Positions 1 to 11,741 of a stretch of DNA of 64,000 nucleotides are shown in pieces. The notes beneath the pieces are model-generated. The model ran no database searches and was not told the DNA's origin. It saw only the letters and a program-made list of their open reading frames with translations. This DNA comes from Phoronis australis (Eukaryota > Animalia > Phoronida): NCBI GenBank assembly GCA_002633005.1, contig NMRA01000405.1, positions 146,702-210,701 on the forward strand, in the 5' to 3' direction. The position numbers and the translations under genes were made by a program. The number at the start of each line of letters is the position of its first letter. The first letter of the stretch is position 1.

Positions 1-659
1 AACATTAAGCTAATTTCGCCATTCATTTTGGTCTCCACTTGCACTAAGGAGTCTAGTTGGTCTGGAAAGGACTTAGCATTAACCCCACTATTCACAGAGG
101 CTTCCTTCAGCTCAGTAATTTTACGAGTATTTAATGATACCTTGATACCTATAATAATATTCTGCACAATCTTGTGCAATCACCAAAGGCAAACATAGTT
201 TTACCTGAACTTACATCATTGGAATATAGAACTGGGGTAAGATTTCAGATGTAGGGCAGACAGTAACAAGGCAGATCAGAGGTCTGAGGAATGCGTCCTC
301 TTGAACTTTTTCTTGACAGTTCTGGGACATGAGATCTGCCTTGGTATCATGCTGTGCCAGTAGTTGCATGTGAGAGGTTGGGTCAACAAGATACTCCATG
401 TTTGCGTTCATAGTAGTGCTGGCAGTTTGGAGAATTGTTCACTTTTCCGTAGTTGTCAGTGGGACCTGGACTGACCCCTGAGATCAGTCTCTTTAAAGTT
501 TGTTATAGAAAAGACATTTTGCTATTTTGAACACATCTGTTTCACTATTGTTCATCTTGTCTGAAGCACACAGGATAGATTTATGTTGACCTGTTGTCCG
601 GTAGGTACAAAATACCATAATAACATAACACTTAGGTTTAATCAAGTGTATGACCTTGC

Positions 660-1110
660 CATTTAAAGAAATGCTCCCAATTTACCGCACTGTGGCAAAA
701 CTGTAGATTTTAAGTCAATAAAAGTAGGTGTTTTCTGAAAATAGGAAGTGTAGACTTTGACTTTTTATCAATCTGTCATTAACTGGATCACACGACAGTG
801 TCTTTTTAGTACAAATAGAAAGGTTCATTGCCATCAACAACATGATCAAATTTCATTTGATGTATATGCTCATGGTTAGAATTTTTAAATTCTTTTACAA
901 TTTTCTAAATTATCACTTCATTTTTGTTTTATGCAGCAGTCGAGTTTATTTATGACAATCATGAAAGTCCTATTTTTGATAACCCCTTGCGCAAAAGTGG
1001 AACATTTTGAAAACGAATTGCTAACAACGCTTTGGGGAACAGTGTATAGGGGAAAGTATTTGAAAGTTTCATTTAAATCCGATCAGCCATTTCTGAGATA
1101 GGAGGTTAGA
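660..1110 (+). repeat. Dispersed old DNA-transposon-like repeat family (other copies ~10370-10520, ~27720-27880, ~34245-34400 rc, ~44965-45400 rc, ~60120-60370)
   Basis: Shared blocks AACATTTT(A/G)AAAAC, AAAGTTTCA, C(C/T)ATTTCTGAGAT and AAAACTGTAGA(T)TTT. Boundaries are approximate. Confidence 0.55.
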
Positions 1111-4083
1111 GGTTAGCCAGATATTGGAATTTTTCTATGGGCATACATAACATTAACTGAATGACTGACAAGTTTTGCCCTGTGGTTGTAAGTTTCAGGA
1201 GATAGAACCACATGTCTTTACTGTCAACTCTCTTGTTGCTTGAGGCGTGTGAAAGGAAATCGAAAATCAACAGTTCGGTGAATGAACAGTTTATTTGTGC
1301 TGAACAATAGTGTCTGCTTGGCATGGCTAGATACTGGATGGGATCAGTTAATATAAACTTTGTTGATGATCATACAGAAACTGTTTCCATACTTCTAAAA
1401 AATCAATGTTTTTGTCGTTATCCAAGCCATTCTGGTTTGCTTTTAAGTGTCAAATCTCCATTGCGAATTGTGTTAAACTCTACTCTCAGGCACCGCTTTC
1501 ATAAGCTAGGTCAGTCTTTGCTTTTAACTATGGTTGTGTCATTTCTCCATGGCAATAGTGTTTTTGTAAAGCGAACTCTCACTTATTGCTGGCTTTTGTG
1601 CGTTGGCATGTGTGTACACGGGAGAATGTTGCCGTCATCTGTCTGTGTATCCAGCGTTGAATCCCATATCTACTAAGCCATTCGAAGGATCTTCATGAAA
1701 TTTGTTAAAGGTGTTTCTATCGAGGCGAGATGTGCTCGCAAATGTTTGAAGGGATCCGAGTCCGACTATTGCCATTCGTCCTTGTGGTAATCTTAGGTTT
1801 TTGGGTTTGCCAAGCCCCTCAAAGGATCTTTAGGAACTTTGGTAGACGCCTGGACAGACATGCTTGTATCAAGGATGCGATGTCTTCGGCAATTTGTGTA
1901 CCCTTTATGGCATTTTTAGAAATTTGGCTCTGTTTTTGGTGTCCACCTCTGCCATCGATTTGAAAGGTTGCTACAAAATTTGACAGACGTGTGCCTATTG
2001 AGAGTATGGCTGACATGGATTTTATGATAGATCCCAATATTGCTGTTTCCCCTAGTGGCGTATTTTGTGTTTAGGTAGCTGTTTTTGGTGTCCACATCTG
2101 TGTCTGTCAAATTGTTAGGTGGATTGTCATGAAATTTGGTAGAAGTGTTCTCTGGGTGAATCTTTGGTTAAATCAGAATACTGAAATGCACTTTAGCCGC
2201 ACTTTCCTTTTTGCACGTCAAGATCAGTGAAGGTTTGTCAACATATATATGGGATATCTTCCCATTAACAAGAGCTTAGAAAGACGCTAATTTTTCGACA
2301 GATCTGAATACTGCTTTGCCCCCAAGTGTCAGTTTTAGTTGTTTCTTGCACCTGCCTCAATATCTACCAAGTTTTGTGATAGGTGGTCATGAAAATTGAT
2401 GCACGTCTTTCCATGGCTGAAAATAATTTTTGAACTAATCTGAAATGTGCTATGTTCCTAGTGCCCCTAGAACAGTATCTCCAAGGTTCAATGAAGGTCC
2501 ATTGTGAAATTTGAGAGATATCTAACACTATGTTCCCATTGATGAAAACAGGATTGAATGTTGATTTTCTCACTGATCATTTACTGCTATGCCCCCTAGT
2601 GGCAGCTTTGTCATTTTTAGATTAGGTAATAGGTAATAGTACTGCCAGGAAATTAAAGATCTGGGCATTCCTTTCTGAAACCTGATGGTTTGGAGTGGAA
2701 GCTGTTGCACAGTGAAGATATTCTGCATGTTGATACAATTGCCACAGGTTGACTGTTTTTCTGAGAATCATGGCTGGACGCTTAGCATGTCAACTCGCCT
2801 AATGCCACCTGACAAAGTTAGCGAGTTAATGAAAGGTAACTGAGGTTGCCAAAAACAAGGAAACCTTGTACCGAGTTGTGGCCTCTATAAGTGTTGCGTG
2901 GTTGGCTTGAGCTGAAAATTAAGTAAATGAGCTACCTGAAGTGAAAAACCAGCAAACTAATCAAATGTCCTATGGTGCATCCTAGATTACGTGGATGGCA
3001 TTTTTTTAATCGAATGGAAAATTAGGAGTGTGTCACCTGCTCAATGAAGTGTCCGGTATTGGTTTTTTTACCGTAAAACATGGCATAGCAGGTCAGAGCA
3101 GAAATGACTCGTTGATTCCAGCGCAACACTAACTTAACATATATTTATTTACTAGGTCTTGTTATTATTTATACTCTAGAGCACCTTAAGAATTCTTTTA
3201 TATGAATATCTTGACGTCTTAAATTTTCCAAAAGCTATGCATTTCATTACAAACACAGGGCAGCAACAGAATAACGATATGATCATTAAATTAACATTTT
3301 GTTTCATTTACATTTCATAGTGTGGGTCCAAGTATCTGATTTTTATAAGTTGAATTCTACTAAGAATAACTAGATGACATCGTGAACTATAACTTTTCTG
3401 CATATACTCTTGAGATTGTAAAAGACCAATGCATCAAATTTAAATCTGTAGCAACTTTAATTACTTAATTTTAAAACTGTCTTTGTAATATTTAATTGTT
3501 TCAAAGTTCTCAGATGTGAGATACATTTTATCTTCAGTAAGTTTAGAAAGTAAAAATAGGACCTAAAACTGTAATTTCATGGGTGTGACAGACGTACAAA
3601 TTTTCCGTACGTCTGTCACGCAATTTCAGACTTAACAAATAATCCCTGGGATCTATGATTTTGGTCAACAGTATTGAGTAACAAGTTAGAGGAGAATCTC
3701 AAATTATTTTAATTTTGAATTAAAACTTTTAACATAACTTAACTTTTTAGCACTTTTTTGTGACGGACATATGGCATCATGATATCCAGGAATTGGCTTT
3801 TGACCCCAAGAGGTCAATTATGTGCCAAAGTTGAAATGCTATTTTTTATAAAGTTTGGGCTTCATGTGGTTGTACAAATTTGATAATATAGTGAAATACC
3901 CATAACTGGCCTATTTATGCCAATAACTAGCAAGACACATGAAAATCAAGCTAATTTTTTAGGTCAAGTGACCCCCAAAAATGTGCCCATTTAGGCAATA
4001 AAATGAAAGTTATAGGATAGTCAAACATGGATCCTGAAATTAGAGAGACTGGGCTTTTAGATGAGACCAGAAACATTAGTATA

Positions 4084-5438
4084 CCGTAATCGTTCGGGTT
4101 AACGCCCATGCTCAGTTAACCGCCCACCCCTACTTTAGGTGGATTTTCGATTTAACCGCCCACTGCTCGGTTAACCGCCCCCCTGCTATTTTTGAAGATT
4201 TCCAATTAAGCGCCCACCTCTCGGTTAAGCGCCCATCCCCTACTTTTGACGATTGGTGATTACCGCCCTGTGCTAATAGGAAACGCGAATCCCCGACCTT
4301 TTAGATTAAGATCAATGATAACATTGAGTGCAACGACGGCCTCAGAGACCGCGGTTTAGCAATGTGAATTATGATACCAGTAACAAATTATTGTAACGGG
4401 TCATCGATTAACTTCAAAATGTAATACTTGAACACTTTGTCACTTTCTTTTCTTCTCATGTTCGCAAACTTTAGGAACCGCGCTGGCGTCTACACCTCCA
4501 CTTTCAGCCACAATCTCTGCCGCACTGAGTTATCGACTACAGTGCACTATATAAAAGATGCATTCGAAATAACCAGGTCAGAGAAATGTGACATTGGTTT
4601 TGCCAACCCTCTCAATGCGCTTTAGGTTGTAAGCTCTCGGGATTTTGAAGAATTCCCATAAACCGCGAAAAGTTGATAAATTCTTTATATTTTGGTGAGT
4701 GTAATTGCCGGGTTATCGAGATCCCCGTCTTTCGAGTACTCTCGTCACAGTGCATGGCAACTGAATAGTTGAACCCGATTTCGTGATTGATTATACATTT
4801 TTATGCTTTTTGACCATTCAGACCAGGAGTACATTCTGTTATCTCGAAATAATTTTGAACTGAAATTCGGAACTGCTGGTAGTCCTTGTCTACGTGACCG
4901 TCAGTTAAGTTGTTTATTATGGGAGTGCACTGATCAAACAGGAAAAATGGGTCAGCACGTGACCACAACTGGGTTAAAACGACAGCACAGCTACCGTCTG
5001 CTACGCAGGTGAACATGTTCAACGTCTGCGAAGTATAGTGAAATAATGAGCATAATTCGCAATAATCGGTCTCACCTGAGGCGCCATATTATGTAGCAAA
5101 CTTTCTATGCAAGCGTTCGGAGTTTGACCACACTCTACATTTTCGAAACTATTTGTTAATTAGAGTGCGCAGAGTACGCACTTGGTGGCGATAAAGTTCT
5201 TTTCAAAGTGTTAGGCGATCCCAGTATGTGGCTTAGTACGTGTGGTGACTCAGATCATAAGGTAAGATTAACCGCCCAGGGCGGTTGCCTGTCGTAATAA
5301 GCGCCCATGTTCAGTTAACCGCCCCCCCCCATTTCTTGAAATTTCACGTTTAAGCGCCCATGTCTGGTTAACCGCCCACCCCCGATTTTTTGGGTTCGCC
5401 AATTTAACCGCCCAGGGCGTTAACCCGAACGATTACGG
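4084..5438. mobile_element. Non-autonomous Tc1/mariner-pogo-like element with TA TSD
   Basis: 24-bp perfect TIR CCGTAATCGTTCGGGTTAACGCCC / GGGCGTTAACCCGAACGATTACGG flanked by TA on both sides. About 12 subterminal TTAA(C/G)CGCCC motifs; no transposase ORF. Confidence 0.85.
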
Positions 5439-5859
5439 TAGTCATAACTGATGTATTTGATTTTTTATAAAAATCATAAAAATCCTATTTTATGGCACTG
5501 GTCACAATTGAAAAATTCCCAGTGGAGAGCTTCTTAAGATCACTCAGTTTAAGGGCAGGATAATTGACACTTATCTTGACCGGTACTTTGACTGCGCTCT
5601 GTGTGCAAGACTACGTACGGTGAAAATGATTATGAACGCGCTTTTAAAAATATTCAGTAATTGTAGAGTCGTTGACTTACCCCTAACAATAGTCCCAGGC
5701 TGTTGACCTGCTCTTGGCCTTTTTAATGATAGGTTATAGTCTCCTTTGGTAAAATCTCACCAAGAATGTAATGGTAAAACTTACAGCATTGAACTCTCCT
5801 TGTCTTGGAGTTAGGAAAATATGCTGCATCATTGTCTTCATGTAAGAAATGTGCGACTG

Positions 5860-5973
5860 ATTGTGAGGATCGTGCTGGAAAGAGCCACGCATCCGTGGAT
5901 ATTTGTCAAGTTTGTCCAACCTGCTACTGTCGGAGTTGCAACACACAGCGCAGCAGTAAAACTTTGCTGGCAT
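5860..5973 (-). pseudogene. THAP-domain N-terminal fragment (DNA-transposon remnant)
   Basis: MPAKFYCCAVCCNSDSSRLDKLDKYPRMRG resembles a THAP start (M-x-C-x2-4-C). The downstream W and C-x2-H residues are not seen. Confidence 0.4.
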
Positions 5974-6267
5974 TGGAAAGTCAAGTACAGTAAATCGATG
6001 CAGCTGAGAAAAACACCTACAAATAACGTGAGAAGCTTCAGTGGTGCCGAAACTAGGCAAAATAATGCATTGTAGGTAACTAGTGTGTGATTCAAGTGTC
6101 GCTGTGTAATTTAGGACAGGGCTCCATTATAATTGTTCTCAATCAAAATGTCGACAACATTGTAACAGTTGAGTTACTTTTTGTGTATGCTGTATTTTAA
6201 TTCCTTGCAAACTCTTGTGTTAAATGTTTTGGTTCTTTTTATTAAATCTGTTTATGATTTTCTGGAA

Positions 6268-6432
6268 ATGTGAACTTCACTTCATGTGAACTCCACTTCA
6301 TTTGAACTTCACTTCAAGTGAACTTCACTTCATGTGAACTTCACTTCATGTGAACTTCACTTCATGTGAACTTCACTTCATGTGAACTTCACTTCATGTG
6401 AACTTCACTTCATGTGAACTTCACTTCATGTG
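6268..6432. repeat. 16-bp minisatellite (ATGTGAACTTCACTTC) x~10
   Basis: Directly visible near-perfect tandem units. Confidence 0.95.
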
Positions 6433-9400
6433 TCCGAACTGAGAATGTAACCACACGCTGCTCTAAATTCTGCACAAGTAAGCACTGCTTGATTCTACCG
6501 GGATCTAGCCACAAGACATAAATTATAAACTATTTTACATGTGAAGTCATACATCCAGGAGTGCATTCGCCCCCATTTAACATTCATTGTTTTAACTATA
6601 AACATTCAAGTCTTAATCTAAGGGATGCTTCCTTGTCTAAGCCCAGTCATTGTTATTGCATTGACTGCCTTGGGGTTAAGGTCATGGTTTCACTGATAAC
6701 AAAGTGGGGCTTGTTTAATTGAAAACCAGCTCACAACTGCCAGAATCTTGAGACCAGCCAAATGTCGGACATACTTGTCTGCACTGTCTCAGGTCGTTAG
6801 TTTTTATTTTCTTTTTGTGCTGAGTAGAGATTGGCCATCTCTTGGTTAATGTTTTGCGCCTGTTATTTCCTGATCTGTATGTCAAAATGCACTTGTTTCG
6901 TCAATTTCCTTGTTTTTACCATTGCGACAGGATGTTGTGTGAATTTTAGGTTATTGCTTACAAAGGTCTTCACGTTAACGAAACCATCTGTTTAGTTCAA
7001 AACATGGGAAAGTGAAATTTTATTTTGCCGTAATTTTTCAACAAATTAAAGTTATACTTACGGCTCTGCCATACAAAGTCAGTTTTCAGCGCTATCTCAA
7101 AAATGGGAAAACCAATTGTGTGGAAATCGTCTAAACATTTGCACAAGCTGCATAAAAACCTTGTGGACGACAATGCATGTTTGACCAGTCGCATTCCCAC
7201 CTGTCTCCTGCCTGCCTCATCAAGAGGGATATGCTTAGCTGTTCATGAACATTTTTTGAGCGACAGGGCCTTAACTCTACAATAGTGTGTAGGTTGAGCT
7301 GGAGATGAGTGGTTCAGTTTGATGATGACTTTAGTTTGTTTACCGCGGGTGAAAGGAGGGAATTCTCTATCACCTATCCCCAGTCCTGCTGATTTGGGCG
7401 GGGTAGAGATAGGTCTTCTTGATTTCCAGCAGTTCACTCTGATGTTTACATGGTGTTTACATGTGACTGGAACATAGTTTTGAATTAGGTTGTCAAATGC
7501 ATTCTACTGTGATCACAGCCTGGTCTGTTGGTACTTACTGGAAATGTGCCACAGTTGGGGCTCAGTTGGGCACTCATGCCTAGACTGGCTTTCTTTAGCA
7601 GCAAGAAATGGGACAAATTTTGTAGTGGGCATGACATCATTTCATCCTTATTACGGCGATTCTCCACTTATTTGGCACAAAACGTTTTCCCGATATGAGG
7701 GGTGTATCAAGTTAACTGAATGTACAGCGTTTGCAGTTGACGAGTAGTGTAACCAATCATTGCCAACACCACCCGCGTGAATTTAACGAAATGCGTTCTA
7801 TGGTTCCTAACATGATTTAATTATCAGACAAGTTAATTTATCCTGTTCTAATATACTAATCTAGTACTTTACACCATCATAGATAAAATGCTCTTTTGAG
7901 AATACAGCTCTGAGTGATAGGACACTCATCCTGGTCGGTCCTTTCACCACATTCAAACACCAGCTTGAAATGTCCTGTATTAACACTGTAGATGACTTAA
8001 GTGGCAAATACATGTTCAGGTGTGCGTTACTAGAATTATTGACAGTTTCACATAGCGGAATTAGGTGAGGCAAGAAATTCCCACGTTGCACAATAAGTGA
8101 GGGACAAGATGTTAAATTTCAAAAAGAATTTGATGTGAGCATGCTAAAAAACTAGACAATGAACGTGCCAACTGTTCGTTGTCATTCTGGGTTGACTTCG
8201 CTGATATTTAAAAACACTTGATCTTGAAAGATTTAACTGTGCCGATATGGGAATCCTACCCTCCTCCAGTGACCAAGTTCGAAGCAGGAGCTTTGCCAAC
8301 AATAATTCACGGAACACATTACTATTGCAGGTACCTGCTGCAAGCATTGTTGTAGAATGTTACTTGTATTTCCAGAGTGCCTTCTTTGTACATGGCTACG
8401 TTTCAGTTGTAGAAGCTAAATACATCCCATTGTTGCTGTGGCAACAGTTTGGCCATTGTTGCCATAATGTGTGAAGTGTCGCACTTTGATGGGGGGCACC
8501 CAATCATTTTTACCTTCAAGCTTCGATGTAGATTTCCATCTCAGCAATTCTGAACAAGCCAACTTCAGTGATCAATAATTGTTACCTTCCAAGGTGACAA
8601 TTAAAAAGCGAGGAAGGCCTTACTCGGTTGAAGGTGTATACTTGAAGGAAACAAGATAGAAAGCTGGCAAAAGACTGCCTGAAGCTGGTTCAAGCCCTTT
8701 CCTTGAATTAAAATTGTGAATGAGCAGGGGAATGTTGCAATAACAAGCCCCAGTTTTGCAAATGGGAATGTCCCAGGGTTACCCAGGGTTGCATAAGTGC
8801 ATTCTTGTGTTCATTGCTTTCTCTATTCACTTAGCCCTTTGGCAGAACCTGCCAGTCAAGTCATGAATGGCTATGTACTTTAACTGGCTGCCATATTGTC
8901 ACTAGCTTGAGCTGTGTAAGAGGTTTAGATGAGTAAGGACAGCAGCAAGTATTCTCATCCTGTTGTTACCCTGGGGGACATATGACAACTAACGTGTCCT
9001 TTTAACCCACAGTCATCCATGTGGCTTTTAAAAATTGATTGATTTGAACGTCAGTGTGTAGTGTGTGTGGAGGAAGATACCTGACAAATAAGTGCCATGT
9101 ACAGCTTGACTAGTAGAGGTATGAAGGTGACTGGATTGTTGGATAGACTCGGGGACTGAGGTAGCATTAGTGCACTCACTGTCTACACCTGTGACATGTA
9201 TAGAATTCAGGAATGTTCAAGTCAGAGTAAGTTGGAATAAGATATGTCTGTAGTTATAGTTGGTGTGGAATATTGTGGTCCCAAAAGTAAAACAAACTTT
9301 GACATAGTTGTAAAAGTAGTTTATGCACGCAGTCAACACTCGGTGTCCAAAATATCATAAGCCTCGGAATATAGTCCCACCAAATTTGGACACGGTAATT

Positions 9401-11247
9401 TCCCAAATTGATCATTTTACATTTGTCGAAGGTTTCCCAAGTCCTCGTAGCACTAATTAGGTCAAGCTGAATTTGAAAACTTCAAACTGGCAGAAAATCC
9501 TGCTGTTGAGGCATGGTGTTATTAATTATAGTTAAGAACTTAATGACAACCAAGTTACTGAACCAAAAGGAAGAGTTCCACCTCAAGACATGGTTTTCAA
9601 AAACTGACACTACATGTGGTTTTAACATCGTGAACATCCAAAAATTCTCAAAACATTGCCTGATGGTGGCTATGGTACAAAAATTAAAACATAAATTTGG
9701 TCCTACTTGCCTTTTATGAAAAATGGGAGAACAAAATTTCAAGTTTCTGTGGAAAAGAGACGTTGAACACTGGTATTGACGTTCAATCATCTGTCTATCC
9801 TCTGTTGAAGTGACTACCTTCAGTATTTCTTGTCAGGACCTCTTTAAAGGGGTCGGACTCCTTAAGCTAGGCAATGAAACCCAAGTTTTCTCCTTTACGT
9901 TAAACCATTGACGTTGAATTGTTTTACCCTAGTTTGTCGAGTTATGTTTTTAAATTGGAAAACCGTTTTGCCAGATGATCGAAGTAAAGACGAAATTTAG
10001 AAACAATTAGAAATTTCTTTTAGAAAACCAAATTAAATCTCATGTGGAAAAACTGTTAATGCGTTATCCTCTGACAATTTTCATATTTCCAACGTAATGT
10101 AAAAGTGTGAGGTAAATGGTTACCTATTGAGGATCTTATTCAGGAGTCTGTATTTAGCCAAGTATCTGCAAAAGTACAGATTTTAACCAGCAGAAGTCCA
10201 GTAGAATTTGAATTTTTACTTAACAAATCTGCCCTTGATTAAGTCACATGACTTCAGTATAGTTAATGAGAAGACACATTGATAGCAACTTAAAAATGTT
10301 CGAGATGAAATCTCAAAAACGCTATTTCATTTTTCTCAATTATTTTGTTTTCATTTTCTGTAACTTTTGACTTTGTTCATGAAAATGGTAAAAATCTAGT
10401 ATTGATTGGTCCTCATGTGAACATTTTAAAAACTATTTCAAACAGTGTTGTGGAGACCATTGCATAAAGCATAGTACCAGAAAGTTTCATACGGATCCGT
10501 ATGGCTATTTCTGAGATGCGATGTTCTAAGTTGAGCCAAATTATAACATTGTCACTATTTCTCTGAATTGTACAGATACATGATGAAATCCCTAGTGTTT
10601 ATACTTTGATCATTGTAGTGTAATAGTAACATGTCTGTCTGGATCTGTTGCTTACATATATTAAACCTTGTTCCTGAATGTCCTTGGCTGTAGTTATCCA
10701 CCACTTGTGGCATCAAGAGGTCAAGAGATTTGTCAGCAATTACTGTCTTAGTAAAATAAATAAGATTTTTAAGTAGAAGTTGATAGATTAAAGATATGTC
10801 TGGTTTATTTATTTTTCTTGGGTTTCCAAAATGCCAGTTAAGCTGTTATTGTGGTTGTCCTGTTAGTTAGCAATACTGTAAGTGCTAGATATGTTTTGAA
10901 TTTGTATCTGAAAGTGCTTTCACAGCAGGAGAACATGGAACTACCACGATCTCCGATATTGTGCAAAAATTTCCTTTATTGCAGTTAGTCCATTTTCAAA
11001 TTCTCATTTGATTGTTAAAATGTTTACAATTTTACTTGAACAATTTTGTTGACCACTGAAGCTGTTCAGTGCAACTCTTGGCTAATATGGAACTAACTGT
11101 TTTCTAGTGTACATTTCTTGTTGACAAACAAAATGTAATTTCACTTGTTTATCATATTGTATGGTAAATTGAAGAGCTTGTATGGTAATTGGATATAATA
11201 TGACTCGTAACTTAATGGTTATTCGTCCAACTTTCATTATGTTACTT

Positions 11248-11394
11248 CATGGGCGGCGCACCATAGGGGGGCTGGGAGGGGGGCTATAGCCCCCACTTTT
11301 TTCAGTGCTCTGGGGCCCGTGGTCTATCGGCGGTGCACCACAGGGGAGCTGGGTGGTTATAGCCGCCACTGTTTTCAGTGCTGCGCCGCCCATG
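11248..11394. mobile_element. hAT-like MITE, family A copy 1
   Basis: TIR CATGGGCGGCGCA/TGCGCCGCCCATG; flanks TACTT/TGCTT; homologous copy at 58543-58652. Confidence 0.8.
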
Positions 11395-11741
11395 TGCTTG
11401 TGAGTAGACAGTGATTTAAGCAGGTGATTCAAAGTTCAGTTCTTGTTATTTGCAAGTGTAACCGTAATTGGCTAAAAAAACTCTCTAAACCATCATATTC
11501 TTGTAGAAACCCTTTTGTCATATTCTGAATTTCCGCATTTCCTCAGGCCGCACCTAGAGTTAATCTGTAGTTTTTGAATAACGTAGATGTCAAATATTGA
11601 AGTTTTGTGTTCAGAGATGTTATACTAGGGTCTATTAATAGTAACAAAATTGGTTTCTTTCTAGCGTTCATTGGCAAAAATCCCACAGACACTTCAGTTC
11701 TGAATTATTTATTTGTTGACATTTTCTTTTGTTCTTTTCAG

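Noticed and set aside
1-560. Minus-strand exon-like blocks (1-148 and ~205-560) with splice-like sites
   Set aside because: The frames do not join without stops and no family is recognisable; at most a decayed TE gene.
5998-6080. Plus-strand ATG...AG|GTAACT as the MAP3K first exon
   Set aside because: Ends in TAG or in the wrong phase for the 11742 exon.
6780-8500. Possible LINE ORF1-like decayed coding sequence on the minus strand
   Set aside because: Only vague compositional hints and no motif I can defend.
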